Below, in pieces: positions 1 to 13,270 of a stretch of DNA of 64,000 bases. The stretch lies in contig NC_057711.1 in assembly GCF_004010195.1 (NCBI RefSeq), positions 135,658,782 through 135,722,781 on the forward strand. Direction: 5' to 3'. The stretch's first letter is position 1. Each line of letters starts with the position of its first letter. The translations under genes were made by a program, and so were the position numbers. Origin of the DNA: Chiloscyllium plagiosum (taxonomy: Eukaryota). The notes below the pieces were generated by a model that saw nothing but the letters and a program-made list of their open reading frames with translations, did not search any database and had not been told where the DNA came from.

Positions 1-129
1 CCATGTATTCCATCCCCCAATATCCCCTCCCCCACTCTCTCAAAACCCCTTCCCCATGTATTCCCATCCCCCCATTCCCCCTCGCTCCCTCCCCTCCCAT
101 CCGCCCAGTTACCCCTCTCCCACCCAATC

Positions 130-550
130 TCCGACCCGGCTGCGCGCGTGCCGACAGAGACGGTATCCGTCCGCCGCGGGTTGGGGAAGGTTGGGAGGAG
201 GGGAGGGGGAGGGTGGTGCGGTTGGTGCGGCGGCAGCAGCGAGATCCTGAGGTGAAGAAGCGGCCCGCCCACTCGCGCGAGCGCGCGCGCGTGTGTGTGT
301 GTGAGAGAGAGATATCGAGATCCTCTTCCTTTCCCTCCCCCCTTTAACCTCGACTGTGCGCGTGTCCGCCTGGCTCTCTGCGCGCGGCGGCCGTTGTGGG
401 GCGGGCGCCTGGTGAGTGGCGGATGTGGCGAGGCGCGGAGCTGCGGTGGGTGTTGTTCGGCTCTATAAAGGAGTGCGCGAAGCCGCCTCCCGGTGACAGA
501 AAAAGCGCCTTCTTTATTTGCCGCGTGCGTCAGAGCTCCTGAACAGGGCG
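130..550 (+). promoter_or_regulatory. CpG-island promoter of ELAVL2 with TATA box (TATAAA 464-469) and GC boxes
   Basis: Dense unmutated CpGs (cgcgcgagcgcgcgcgc, gcgcgcggcggccg) in an otherwise CpG-depleted, AT-rich window; GGGGCGGG near 398-405; TATAAAG at 464-470; lies upstream of all ELAVL exons. Confidence 0.75.
230..411 (+). other. ELAVL2: Candidate upstream non-coding first exon (start uncertain)
   Basis: Strong donor CTG|GTGAGT at 411/412 inside the CpG island. Confidence 0.4.
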
Positions 551-618
551 ATGCTGCAGCTGCTTCTCTCTCTGTTATAGAGGGGGGCAAACAAAACCGC
601 TCTCACCATCCCCTCTTT

Positions 619-640
619 TTATATATTATATATATATATA
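619..640. repeat. (AT)n microsatellite-like tract
   Basis: atatattatatatatatata. Confidence 0.7.
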
Positions 641-830
641 AAAAACGCACACATATACATAACCTTTTTTTTCCGTGTGTTTCATTTAACCTCTTGTTTT
701 AACCACCCATTGAATTAATTAGACCTTACCTTCCCCACCCCACCCTTTTTTTTGTTATATATTAAAGTTTATTTTGTGCATTTTTCTCCCCCTGCTTTTG
801 GGTTATTTTTTTTGTTCCTCCTCAACCCAG

Positions 831-954
831 GTTGCTTTCACTTCAGGGTTTTGCTGTGTTTTTTGATACCCTTTTGTGTCAGATCATCTTTCTTTGGTAG
901 AAGGACTACACTTAACTTTTCTACTTTTTTTAGAAAAAAAAAACAAAAAAAAAG
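831..954 (+). other. ELAVL2: Candidate U-rich 5'UTR exon (may extend upstream to a TATA-driven start near 495)
   Basis: Consensus donor AAG|GTAAGT at 954/955; pyrimidine tract plus CAG acceptor ending at 830; no ATG in 831-954. Confidence 0.55.
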
Positions 955-3900
955 GTAAGTGAGCTCTCTACTTGTCTTGCTTTGCATTTAACTGTTTTAT
1001 CTTCCTGTTGGACGCTTAGTGCAGTGATTTGGGTTTTTGTTTGAAAGAGAGGACTGACTACCTGCAGTAGGAAAGTGGATTTTCAGCAGTTAGCTATGGA
1101 TGTATTTTTTTCTTTTTTTAAAAAAAGGCTGTTTAAGAAAATAAGTCGGTAAATGTGAATGTTGGCTGTTTCTCGATCCTCTGTTAAACGCAGTAGTGGT
1201 TATAGAAAGGGTTTTGGGAGCCACTTGAAAGATTTAAGAATGTGAAGCCCACCTTCAGTAACAATTCGCAATAGTCTTTGGATGTTGGAGGTACATGAGC
1301 TGGTATGTGATGATGGGGGCTTTGACAGTGCATTTCAGAGATGGTTTGGCTTTTGGATGTATTTGTGTCTTCCACTTGAAAGCTGAGAAATATCCATCAC
1401 AAAGCAAATGATGCCTAAAGATAGGCGAGGTCTCCTTGCTTCCCTCCTTTAGTATCTGATTGTCTGTAAAAATGCAGTTATTGGTGCATCTAGCTTCCTC
1501 CCTTTTTGTCTTTCTTCCTTTAAATCTCATCCTTGGCAACTGAAGCTTCAGATTTAATTGGCTTTTTTTTCGGCTTAGATTCTAACGTTGGGAGATACCC
1601 CATGGCTCGATAGTCCCAAGGAATAAATGGAGCTCGGTGATCGTCTTTTCGGAATAGTGTTTTTGCAAGGAAGCTTATTTTTTCTTAAAAAAAGGGGTGA
1701 AGCTAGTGTTTGAATTTTAAAATATAGCAACTTCATAGATGCAGCGATTGACTCGGGTAACTTCGTATCGACAAAGGCATGCTTTGGGATTTTTTTTTAA
1801 ATGCAATCTGCCCGGATTATGTTCTGGAGCTTGGATGTATTGACCCCCCTCGTTTAGTGCCTATTTGGTTATAGTTTGGCACCCCCCCCCCCCCATAAGA
1901 TTCTCCTCTTATCTATCTTCCCCACCCCAAAAATCCAGTTTATTCGAGGCTGTGCTATAAGGGTGTGTAAGAGTGTGTGTGCCTTATAGTGGAAAGTAAT
2001 GTCCGTTTAGAATGTTTCCCATCTTGGTATAATAGTCAGTCATTGTGTTCAGTTGGAGATTCATAACCTCCCCCTATCTGCTTTGCAGAAATGCACATTC
2101 TGCATTTTAGCTTCTCTTTTTCTCTCTCTCTTTCCCCCCCCCCCCCCCCCGTTTTGCACTCGGGAATGGATGTGGCAGTGGGCGATCGGTTCGCTCTTTC
2201 CCTTTAACCGTACGAATGAATAGCAGCAAATATTAAAATCCCCAAGGCTGGGTTAGGGGCTTGCACCGTTCCCTTTTGCTCTTGTGTCAAACGCCGCGGA
2301 AACTCCATGCATTTGGACCCCGAGGACCTGGAAAAGGCGAGGATTGGGGTGGGGATGAATTCGGTCTCGCACCTCTTTGGGTTTACACCAACACGAGGTC
2401 CTCAGGCAGCATGAGGCTTGCACATGCTCGTTGGTGAATATTTTATGCATTTACGTGCAGGTTGCAATAATCGGATGTGTGTGGGGTTTTATCGTGTCTC
2501 TTATGGTTTACAAGCTTCCCCTTTTCCCTCCAGCCCCTTTAAAAAAACATGTAACCAATGCATCTTTGTGTTGGGCCCTAGGTTTGGTTTGCTCCCATGT
2601 TGTCTATTTTGGAAAAGGTGTAAGAGAGCAGTCCTTGGCTCAGCTTGCACTGCAGGGGCGCCAACCTTCATTTGCAACGCGGTCACTTGTCAACCCTGCA
2701 GAGATCAGGATATCTTTTTTTTCCCGCCAAACTTGCAGGTTCAATGGATAGTTGGTAACAAAAAGAAATGTGAAGGGAGGGAAGGAAGGAAGGAAGTGGG
2801 TTTCACTTTGCAGTGTGCGGCAGGCAAGCTGGTATTGAATGAAATTGAAACTGAATCATCTTCCCTTTGTGTGTCTCTGTCTGCGTTTGTGTGTATGGGA
2901 TGGAGGTTTGTCTTGTTTTTAATTCCCCTCCTATTAGGGATGAGTGGGGAGCTGGGGTGGACTGTCAGAAGACTCATGTCTGTCTCTCTTTCCTCCTCCA
3001 CCACCTTCTCCCCCACCCTGTGGCGCCAGAGCAGACATCCCAAGCCCAGAGTTGCATTTACCTCCCAGTTTGTAACAATTCGGGGTATCTCTCTGCTGCG
3101 GTGAAGTGGAACTCGTTTTTTGGGGAAAACACGTGCTATTTGTTAATAACGAAATCATGTTAATACCATTCCGGTGTCTTATTGAGTTTATGTCGGAGGG
3201 TCAGGGTTTGGGAAGCTGCAGTCGCTCCTGACGTTACGAAGGCAGGTTTTTTTATCCGTGTAGATATTTTGGACTTTTTAACCCGAGTGGTTAATACGTT
3301 TCTGCATTTTTGTTTCTCAAACGGGTGCAAAAATTGCATATAGCGTATTCAGTGCTTCACAGTGAAGACCAAGCTTTACATCTCTTGTTCTGAGTATAGT
3401 TTTCCTAAGGTATATTCTGCTGTAATTTCGTAGAATCTCCTGCCTTGACCATGACTAAATCTTCGACAGATATTTAGAATCTTTTGAGACGCAAATCATT
3501 GTTCAGGCAGAATTCCTTCTGCCACCAGAGGACTGAATACCATGGGCGACTATAGTTCAGAAAGTAGAGACAGCAATTTCTCTTAGACGTGACAATTTGC
3601 ACTGAAATGCAGTTATGTTGGATTCTGCGTGGTAAGCGTTTATACAGGGCGCACACCCAAGCAGAAGTGGAGTGTAAGTTAAGACTTGAATGTGCATTAA
3701 GGCTGGAAAGCCCTTCAAAAACTCATCTTTGTAGAGTTGTCTGCAACTCTTTATCTAGCTCCACTGAGGGGCATTGTGGAAAAAAAAAATAGCATGCCTT
3801 TCACTTGTTTGATGTGGAAGACAAATAGTCTTGAATTAAGTATTTGGAATTAACCAGTTTACTGATGGTGCAAACAAATGAGGCTGAGACTTGTATCATG

Positions 3901-6900
3901 TTTCATATTAGTTCATTATACACTGAAATAAGTGACTTTCAATCAGTTGACATGTCTTGGTTCATATCTTGACTTATTTGTGAATAATTGCTGCTGTATA
4001 GCAGTGCTGATAGACTATCCTGTTTAGAGAAACTATCAATTTATCTTTTTAGTAGAAGAATCTCAGAAATCAATCTTTGTGCGGTCTTTAGTAGGGTCCT
4101 TAATTCAACATACACTATCTTGTGGCATCAAGATTCAAAATTTACTTTTTAAAAATATTTCTAATTATTTGAGTGGTGTAATTTTAACATTAAGTCAGTT
4201 CTTTGTGCTAAAGGTGTTGATTTATTGCCTTCATGCTTTGAAAGGAGTTGTGAAGTGAGGTACTTGGGCTGCATTGGTGAAATATTTACGATGGATCCAA
4301 GTAGATAATTGTGAGAAGCTTATTTATTCCATAGAAGTTGTTTTCCTGCTTCCAGGCAGAAAAGAAGCTTTTTGTAACCGACTGCATGTCGTCATGTTGC
4401 TGGAACATGCAATAAAATGTTTTCATAGAACCCTTTTGAATTTCTGTACCAACTCCATGTTAATGCCACTTAAGATCTTGAAAAATTGAACTCCCATTTG
4501 CAATTTCTTTTGTAGGCTATCTCAAATTGAGAATCTGCTTTATGGGGAAATGTTTTTGTATAATAATTCAAAAATACAATTTGTCAAATGCCAATAATTT
4601 GACATGTTAATACTTAACAGCTGTTAGTGGCAGTCATTAACAGATGAATCTTGTCACTTCCTGCATAAACTTGGATAAAGCAGGTTTTGTGATTCATTTG
4701 TATTGTAACTTGCAAATTAGTCAATGAAATATAAAAATTGTTAACTTTATTCTTGACCTGTGCACTGTACATTTGCAATGAACAAAAGCTTCAAATCTCC
4801 AGTTTTATGGCTTAACTACAGAATCGTTTTCTTGCAATGCATGAGGAAACAATACAAATTTCCATTGGTATTAAAATGCAAAAAATTAATTTAACTTTGA
4901 AACTACTTTGTGAAAGTATTTTTTGTGCATTATAAGTGTTTGACTTGAACTGGACTGAGTATTTTGACCAAGTAATGTACAGCTCAATTGCTTTGTACAT
5001 GACAGAGCTTAAGCTATATTAATTATTTGGTTTGCTTTGCTTTGCTTTTCTGCAGAATTTAGATTGGTGTGCAATGTCCATGAAATGTTCATCCATTATT
5101 AATATAGCTCAAAGAAAAAAAGTGAACTGTATACACAGTTAAGATTTAATAATTTTCATGTGTGCTATGACCACTTTGCCTTGATTGTTTGGTTGGTTGT
5201 GTTGTCCCTCTGCCTACGTCTGCTCACCTAGCCGCTAGTTCTTACTTAGGATGTTGAGTAGTTGGAGTACGCCTACTTTGTTGAAACCATTGTGCATTTA
5301 CAGTTGATGCACTTTTTAGGGTTTCACTATAGTATAATATGTAAAGTCTTTAGTATAACACCAAAGGAAATGGTTCAGTCAGGTTTGATGTGGGACAATT
5401 GGTTAGAATGACTTCCCCAGTTTTTTCTATATCCGTATAGTGTTTTTCTCAAATGTTTATTCAGTTCTCTTTTCTAAAACTGTTAAATCAGAATTAACAT
5501 GGGCAGTAAATTCAAATCCTTGTCGCTAATGATTTAAAACAAAAACCCTCATTTCCTATCAAATAGTCTTAGGTCTGTTCTCTTGTTGATCTTTCTTTCA
5601 TTGAACATGGCTTGATTTAATCTAAATGCTTCATGATTTTTAAAATTTCTTTCAAATCTCCTTGTTCAAAGGGGAGTAACTGTGGTTTCTCATGCCTAGT
5701 AACTGGAATTTCTTTGTATTCATTCTAGCGAAGAGACACCCTATAATGTGTCTAATTTACCTGATGCAGCATTAAGTTGAAATGTCATAATTCAAATTAC
5801 CTAATGTGCTATTGGAAAAGTGTATTTTTGTCTAGAGGTGGTGTTGATGGGTTAGCTTAATTTTGATTTGTTCCTACTTGCAGGGAGGGGAAGAACTTCA
5901 TATTTTAATTTGTGCAACTAATCTGATTTGAATTATTAAAGGGAGTAGTGAAGTCTTTCAGCTGTGTACAGTGATCACAGATGGAGACATTACACTTAAT
6001 CCTTTTCTATCTTTGCTTCTGCATTTCTCTCGTAGAATTAGAAATGGTTCAAATTCTACTGTAGATGTTTGCAGTTGGTATCCGATTTAGCTGGGTTATC
6101 GATTCTGAAGAAATTTTAGACTTGTAATTGTCTCAATGCGAGTAATTGGACAAGCATGCAAATATAATCTTTTGTTCATGTTGCAACATTTTGAACTTTG
6201 TAAGAGATGTTTAAGTGCAGCACTTTGGTCATGATGTAAAATGATTGCGAACAGTGCAGAATTTGTATATGCCTTGTGTTGGTGTCTTAAGCTATTTGAG
6301 AAAATTAAATAATTGGTCTCTTGCTAGTTTGAATTAACTGAGTAATGTGTTGAAATAACCCAATTTGTTTGCTGTTAAAATCCCTGATTTTTTTGGAGCA
6401 AAACTTCTAAATCTTCAGAATGAAGCTTCATAGAATTGCCAATTCCTGCATGATTGTAAGAAATAGTTAAGATTTGTGTAAGCACAATTGTTTTAGTAAA
6501 ACTTTAAGCCTTGTGCACATGAGCAGAAGCATAGTTTGTACCCCGGTACAGTTCTTTGACAATCTAAATGTTGTGCTGTAATGCTTTTTAAATGAAGCTT
6601 GTCACTTCATAATATAACTACCAATAAGTCTTGAGTACAATGGTTTGAGTTATTTCTATAATTCATTCAACATTTTCACTTTAAGAAAGAAGCAAAAAGC
6701 ATGAATGTTTGCAATCAGTGGTGGATAAAAAGGCAAAATTGTGCAAGACTAAATGTTTATTTGATAGATTATTAATGTTGCACTAGGTATTAGCAAGCAA
6801 CAATAATTGTTTTATCAAAGGAACATAATGAGAAGTCTGGTTTTTTTTATATAGCTTTTTAAAGCTGTTTAAGAACCCAATGTTTTTTCTCATTTGACTC

Positions 6901-7149
6901 TTGTAGGTAGAAGCTTCCACAGGGTTAATCACAACTTTGATAGTTTAATTTAGATGTACCAAATAAATCTACTTCACTTTTGATTGTCCAAGTTTCACTT
7001 TACTAAACTTGAACATAGGTTTGTTGGAGCTTTGAGAGGAAATGTGGGGGTTAATAGAGATTGATTCAAGTCATTATGGAGACATGGTTGCAAGGAGATC
7101 AAAGCTTTGTTATAGATATTTTAGGGATTTGCCTTTTTAGAAAGGATAA

Positions 7150-9555
7150 GGAGGAATGGATGCAGATGGAGCTTCATTAGTCAAAAGCATTAGGTGGAAT
7201 AGCAAAAAATATTTTGGTTTGGAAGATATAGAATCCATAGGAGTTGAGCTAAGTAACAAAGGGAAGAAAATACCCTTGGCAGTAGCCTTTAGTCCTCCTG
7301 ACAGTTACAATTGCAAGATAATGAAGACATTCTTTTGGGGGTGGGGGAATAATGAAAAACAGTACATTACTCATGGGTAACTTCATCTTTGTCGATTTGG
7401 AAAATGAAATCAGTTGAGGTAGTCATGAAGGCCGGGGGTGGAGAAGAAGAAATGTCTGGAGTGTATTTGGGACAGTTTCCGAGAACAAATGTTGTGGATG
7501 CAACCAGGGATTGGATTATTTTGAATTTGTCATTAGGTAAGATATTAATAAGAGTAAAATGTCACCTAGGTTCAGTGATAATAACATGGTAAAATCTAGC
7601 ACTCAACTTTGAGATTAAGAAACCTGGCCTGGAAGCAACTGTGGTAAACTTAAACACAATTACGAAGAAATGAGGGCAGAGTTGGCTGGAGTGGCCTGGG
7701 AACGGGTGTGATGTGCAATGGCATACTTAAAAACGGATCGTGGTTCAACAAAGATGTGATGAAGGAGGATTCTAGAAGAGGCAAAACTATGGTTAACCAA
7801 GGGAATTGAGGATTTCAAATTTGGGGAAAAAAAGCAACATAATGAAGATTAGCGGTTGGTCAGAAGAATGGGAACATCGACACATTCAAAAAGAAAAATA
7901 AGACCAGTCTTCCAGGTGAACTAGCAAGTGACATCAAACAGACAGGAGCTTTAAATTTAAACAAAGTAAGTTGCCCAGTGAACATAAGCCCTTTTTTGAG
8001 GCTGGTGGATTTTTTTTTTAAATGGGGATATCGGGTAATGGCAGAGGAGTCAACTGAACACTTTGCATTGTCTTCCTATAGAAGACTTTAATGGCTTGTC
8101 AAAAATTCCAAATCAAGGGGATGAAAAACCTAATCAGTAGCTTCCCTAGTTTTTGAGGTTAAATTCTGTTGAGTCCCCAGATGTGATGAGTTAATCCTAA
8201 AATGTGAAAGGAAGTAGCTGGAGAGTGTACGTGCATTGGTACTAACCTTGCAAGAGATACTAGAAAAGTGAAGTTTTCCTGTTTCTTGGCAATGTAACAC
8301 TGTTAGCTTTGTGTCCTTCCTTTTTAGGCTAACAATAGACTATTTTTGCTTAACATTGGAGAAATGTTGTCTGTCATGAAGGATGTAGTTGACCATGGTT
8401 TCATGAAGGGGAGTTGTGGCTAACACTTATCACTCCCTTTTTGAGAAGATATCAAGCAGGCTAGATAAAAGGAAAGAAGTAAATCTAAACTATTTAGATT
8501 TCCAGAGGAGTTTGATTAGGCTACTTCAGGTTTCTTAAGAGCGAGTGGTGTTGAGAGAGTGCTTTAGTATGCAGGGAGGGTTGGCTAAGACAAAATTGGA
8601 ATGGAACTACATTTTTAGGGTGGCGATCTGTAACTTGTGTATCACTGCTAGTGCTGCAATTGCTTATGATATACATTAATGATTTGAATGATGGAAGTGA
8701 ATGTACTGTACCAAGATTGTGGATGACATTAATTGATAGAGAATGCAAGTAGTGAACACATGAAGAGTTAGAAGGATGTAGACAGTGAATTGACAAAAAA
8801 CTTGGCAGATTGTATACACTATTTAGAAATGAGGTTCTGCATTTTGGGAAGAATAGGGGAGCAGAATATTAAATGGAGAAAGGCCATATTGCAATTTGAG
8901 GGTCTTTGTGCGTGCATTACAAGCTTGCATCCAAATTCAGGTGATAGGGAAGGCAAATGTAATGGTGGCCTTTATTTTTACCTTTTGCCATCCCCTATGA
9001 AGTAAGGAAGCCTTGCTAAAACTATACAAGGCACTGGTCAGATGACAGCTGGAAAGCTGAACAGTTTTTGGGCCCTATCTAATCAAAGATTAGCATTGGC
9101 GGCAATGGAGAGAAGGTTCTAAGTTGATCCTGGGTATGGATGGGTTACCTTGTAAGGAGGAGAAGTCTGCTTTGCTTGAAATTGGTGGAATGTAGAAGCT
9201 TTAGGTATTGAACCATACAAGATTGCTGCAGTGGCCTGACAAAATAGGTGTAGAGAGAGGATTTTTGCCTTTAAGTACTTCAGATCAGAGGACACTATTT
9301 CAGAGTGAGGTTGCACGTTTAAAGCAGATCAGGAATTTTTTTCTTGGTTGTGAATCTGTGAAGTTCTTTACCCCACGCAGCTGTCAACTGGTCAGTTTAA
9401 GTACAGTCAGGGCTGAGATTTTTAACTTTTTAGGTTTTTGTAGTTTATAGGGGAAAATGTCTAGAAAGTGGAGTTCTAAATTCACAGGTCAGTTGTAATG
9501 TCATTGAATTACAGTGTGGACTTGATAGATTTAATGGCCTAATTCTGTTCCAGCG
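7150..9555 (+). mobile_element. Old, heavily decayed CR1-type LINE (endonuclease to RT to 3' tail)
   Basis: Frameshifted remnants of CR1 ORF2 motifs (YLDFQ at ~8490, LYKALVR at ~9020) and a CR1-like tail aatggcctaattctgttcc near 9533-9551. Confidence 0.7.
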
Positions 9556-9821
9556 CCTTAAAGAAATGAGGGGTTTGGAAAACTAATTCCACAGTTTAGA
9601 ACCTTGTTAGCTGGTTCAGTTGTGAATAAAAGGCAGGATTACAGAGGCCAGAAGTGGGAAAATGCAAACATTTGAAAGCTTTATTGGATAGGAGGCAGCT
9701 ATGCAGATGGACTTGGATGAAACAAATGAAGAATATGCAAACAAAATTAATAAATTGAGCATGAAGTGTTGGTGCTTTTATCATTAAGATGAAATCACAC
9801 TTTAGTTTATTCCTCTTGTGC

Positions 9822-10490
9822 GACATAGGAATTGCTGGCTGGTCAGTATTTATTGCCTGCCCCTAATTGCCCTCGAGGTTAGTGAGCTGCTGTCTTGAAC
9901 TGCTGCAGTCCACCTGCTGTGGGCTGGCACACTGCCATTAAGGAGGGAATTCCAGGACATTGACAATCTATTTCCAAATCAGCAAGGTGAGTGGCTTGAG
10001 GGAAATGCACAGGTGGTGGTATTGCTATGTATCTGCTGCCCTTGTCCTCCCACATGGGAGTGGTTGTGGGTTTGGAAGGTGCTGTCTGAGGATCTTAGAA
10101 TTTATGCAGTGCATCTTGTAGATGGTACACTGCTGTAGTGTTGGTGGAGGGAGTAGATGCTTGTGGAAGTAGTGCTAATCAAGTATGCTGCTTTGTTCTG
10201 GATGATGTCAAGCTGCTTGAGTGTTTTTGCGACTGCGCTTGTCTAAGCAAAGTGGCGAGTATTCCGGCACATTCCTGACTTGTCTTGTAGCTTGTACACA
10301 GGCTTTGGCGAGTCCGGAGGTGATTTACTTGCAGCAGTATTTATAATCTCTAACCTCTTCTTGTAGCCACTAACCAGAAACTCAACTGGACTCGCCACAA
10401 GCAGTGATAACCCCAGGATGTCAGGGGGTCATGGTTAGTGTCTCATTGGACATAGCCTGGCATTTGTATGGTGCAAATGTTACTTGCCAA
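9822..10490 (-). mobile_element. 3' fragment of an L2/CR1-group LINE whose tail is shared with a SINE family
   Basis: Begins with the reverse complement of the gggcaataaatgctg...cccacatcc tail also seen on + at ~49750-49790, ~55360 and ~61820. Confidence 0.55.
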
Positions 10491-11314
10491 TGTCTTTATT
10501 AGGGTATATTGATTTGGCAAAGCTGTTCAGTTTTAATACCATTAGGCTGAATTGCATGTATGCTTAGATTGAGGTACTCTGATTATAACATTTCAGATAA
10601 ACCAAGTAACTGTAAAAAGCCTATTTGAGTACTAGTTACGTCAAACTGATTCAAGTAAACCTATTTGAGCTGACCAATTGCAAATCAAATGTGAAGACTG
10701 ATGCCTAATGACTCCCTTGTCCTGAAAGCAAGATTCAAAAGTAGCGTTCCAACTTATACTTAACTATTTAGTAATATCTTGCTGATCTCATCAGTACAGC
10801 ACTACCTTTGTATTATGCCTAATTAAGATTGATGAAATGTACAGTCTTGCAGATTATCAATTTGCTAGAAGACTGAATATGTTGGGAGGTTATAAATGTC
10901 CTATTTGAAACAAGTGGAGTAGTCTGGTACGAGAGGTGTTGCAGCGTGGTTGCTTCAAAAGTGCTGTTTTGCTTCCACAATGTTTTCAAAATGAGAAATT
11001 GGCATGTTGTACCAGGTACAGTTGACACTTCAGATGGATTTTTCAAACTGGTTGCAGAAAAGCTGGCAAATGCCTGTTAACATTTTTTGCTATTGTATCT
11101 GTCACTTGGACTGTAAGTTTATTAAATGCTTTTTCCAGAATCTTGCTGTTTGAAAGTACTATTGTCATCCATGATGGAAAGCAAACCTAATTTAGAATTT
11201 CAATTACTTTTGCGGCTCTAAGTTGAGACTTTTCACAGGTCACTTCACTCCCAACCTTAGATAAAATGAAAAATGAGACTATTCCATCCCTTGAGACTGT
11301 TCTCCTTTCAGTAA

Positions 11315-11462
11315 GAGGAAAAAAAAACTGTAGACGCTGGAATCCAAAGTAGACAACCAGCAGGCTGGAAGCCCTGAAGAAGGGTTAATACCAGAAGCAT
11401 TGACTTCTTCACCTCCTGAAACTGCCTGGTCTACTGTGTTCTTCCAGCCTTCTGTTTGTCAT
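11315..11462. mobile_element. Short Penelope-derived element with inverted ends and a decayed hammerhead-like core
   Basis: gacaaccagcaggctggaag ... cttccagccttctgtttgtc inverted pair; CTGAAGA-agggttaatacc-AGAAG core. Confidence 0.55.
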
Positions 11463-12101
11463 CTTTCAGTAAGGTTGGGATCGGTCTTCTGCCTATTTTC
11501 CCCTGACTACACTGTCCATGTTTCTTGATTTCCTTTTTTTAAATATATCAAAATCTGGATTCGTCCTGTTTGTATATACTCTTAGTGTAGGTTTTTTGTG
11601 GTATAATGGTAGTGTTCCCTACATCTAAAGAAAACAAGGGGATTAAGTCTTGCCAGTCTTCTCGGGCAGGTTACATGCCTGGACAGGCAACTTAAAAGTA
11701 ATGTCTGGGTGAACACTATTTTAAAAGTTCAGTCTTTTTTGTGTGAAGAAATTGTTCCTCATCTTGAACCTTCTAAAATAAGCTTGGTTTTAAGCTTCCC
11801 AGTCAGGGAGATGTCCTCACAGCATCAACAGGTGAAATAGAGATAGTGGGAACAGATCCTTTGGTCCAGCCAGTGTCTTAATTTTGTTTTAATTACATCT
11901 AAATTAGGAATGGTCATTGAATGTTCGCCTAGTCAGCAACACTTGCACTGTGAAAATGTTTGAAAATTAAAGAATATAAGCATAATTTACTCCAGCTTTC
12001 CATTCATTTCTTTCTGAATTTTAGAATTCTTGCTTTCCTTGGACTTATCTCCTTTAGCGATGTCATACTCTTCCTTTGACTCTAAAAATTAAAGTTAGGC
12101 C

Positions 12102-13134
12102 AGAGTCGTAGAGATGTATAGCATGGAAACAGACCCTTCGGTCTAACATGTCCACGCCGACCAGCTATCCCAACCCAATCTATTCCCACCTGCCAGCACC
12201 TGGCCCATATACCTCTTAAACCCTTCCTATTCATGTACCCATCCAAATGCCTCTTAAGTGTTGCAATTGTACCAGCCTCCACAACATACTCTGGCAGCTC
12301 ATTCCATACCACCCTCTGCGTGAAAAAGTTGTCCCTTGGGTCTCTCTTATATCTTTCCCCTCTCACCCTGAACCTATGCCCTCTAGTTCTGGACTCCCCC
12401 ACCCCATGGAAAAGACTTTGTCTATTTATCCTATCCATGCCCTTCATAGTTTTGTAAACCTCTTTTGTAAACCCTCAGCGGAGGCTGAGGGTCACCCCTC
12501 AGCCTCCGCTCCAGGGAAAACAGCCCCAGTCTGTTCAGATTAATATTCTATAGCTCAAATCCTCCAATCTTGGCAACTTCTTGTAAATCTTTTCTGAACT
12601 CTTTCAAGTTTCACAACATCTTTCTGATAGGAAGGGAGCCAGAATTGCATGCAATATTCTAACAGTGGCCTAACCAATGTCCTGTACAGCCGCAACAAGA
12701 CCTCCCAACTCCTGTACTCAATACTCTGACCCATAAAGGAAAGCATACCAAACGCTGCCTTCACTATCCTATCTACCTGTGACTCTACTTTCAAGGAACT
12801 ATGAATCTGTACTCCAAGGTCTCTTTGTTCAGCAACACTCCCTAGGACCTTACCATTAAGTGTATAAGTCCAGCTAAGATTTGCTTTCCCAAAATGCAGC
12901 ACCTCTCATTTATCTGAATTAAACTCCATCTGCCACTTCTCAGCCCATTGGCCCATCTGGTCCAGTTCCTGTTGTAATCGGAGGTAACCCTCTTCGCTGT
13001 CCACGACACCTCCAATTTTGGTGTCATCTGCAAACTTACTAACTGTACCTCTTATGCTTGCGTCCAAATAATTAACAAAAATGACAAAAAGTAGTGGACC
13101 CAGCACTGATTCTTGTGGCACTCCACTGGTCACA
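12102..13134 (-). mobile_element. 5'-truncated CR1/HER1-like LINE (RT C-terminus plus 3' tail), relatively young
   Basis: ORF track gives TSGVPQESVLGPLLF, SKFADDTKIGG, LYRTLVRPLLEYC, LERVQKRFTR and TRGHRFRVRG, all CR1 ORF2 motifs, broken by stops and frameshifts. Confidence 0.92.
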
Positions 13135-13270
13135 TGGCTTCATATGGCTGTTTTTATTGAAATATAATCATCTTTGATATGCTGCTTATCGAATAATGAA
13201 ACTTCACCAACTTGATCCTCCCATGCCTCCATAGTTTGCTTTTGTTCAGATTGCTATATTACTGAAGTAC

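Noticed and set aside
3-347. Pro-rich 114-aa ORF
   Set aside because: Product of C-rich low-complexity promoter sequence
2418-3104. 228-aa ORF and overlapping ORFs in the first intron
   Set aside because: No recognisable domain, non-ATG start, low-complexity composition; likely chance
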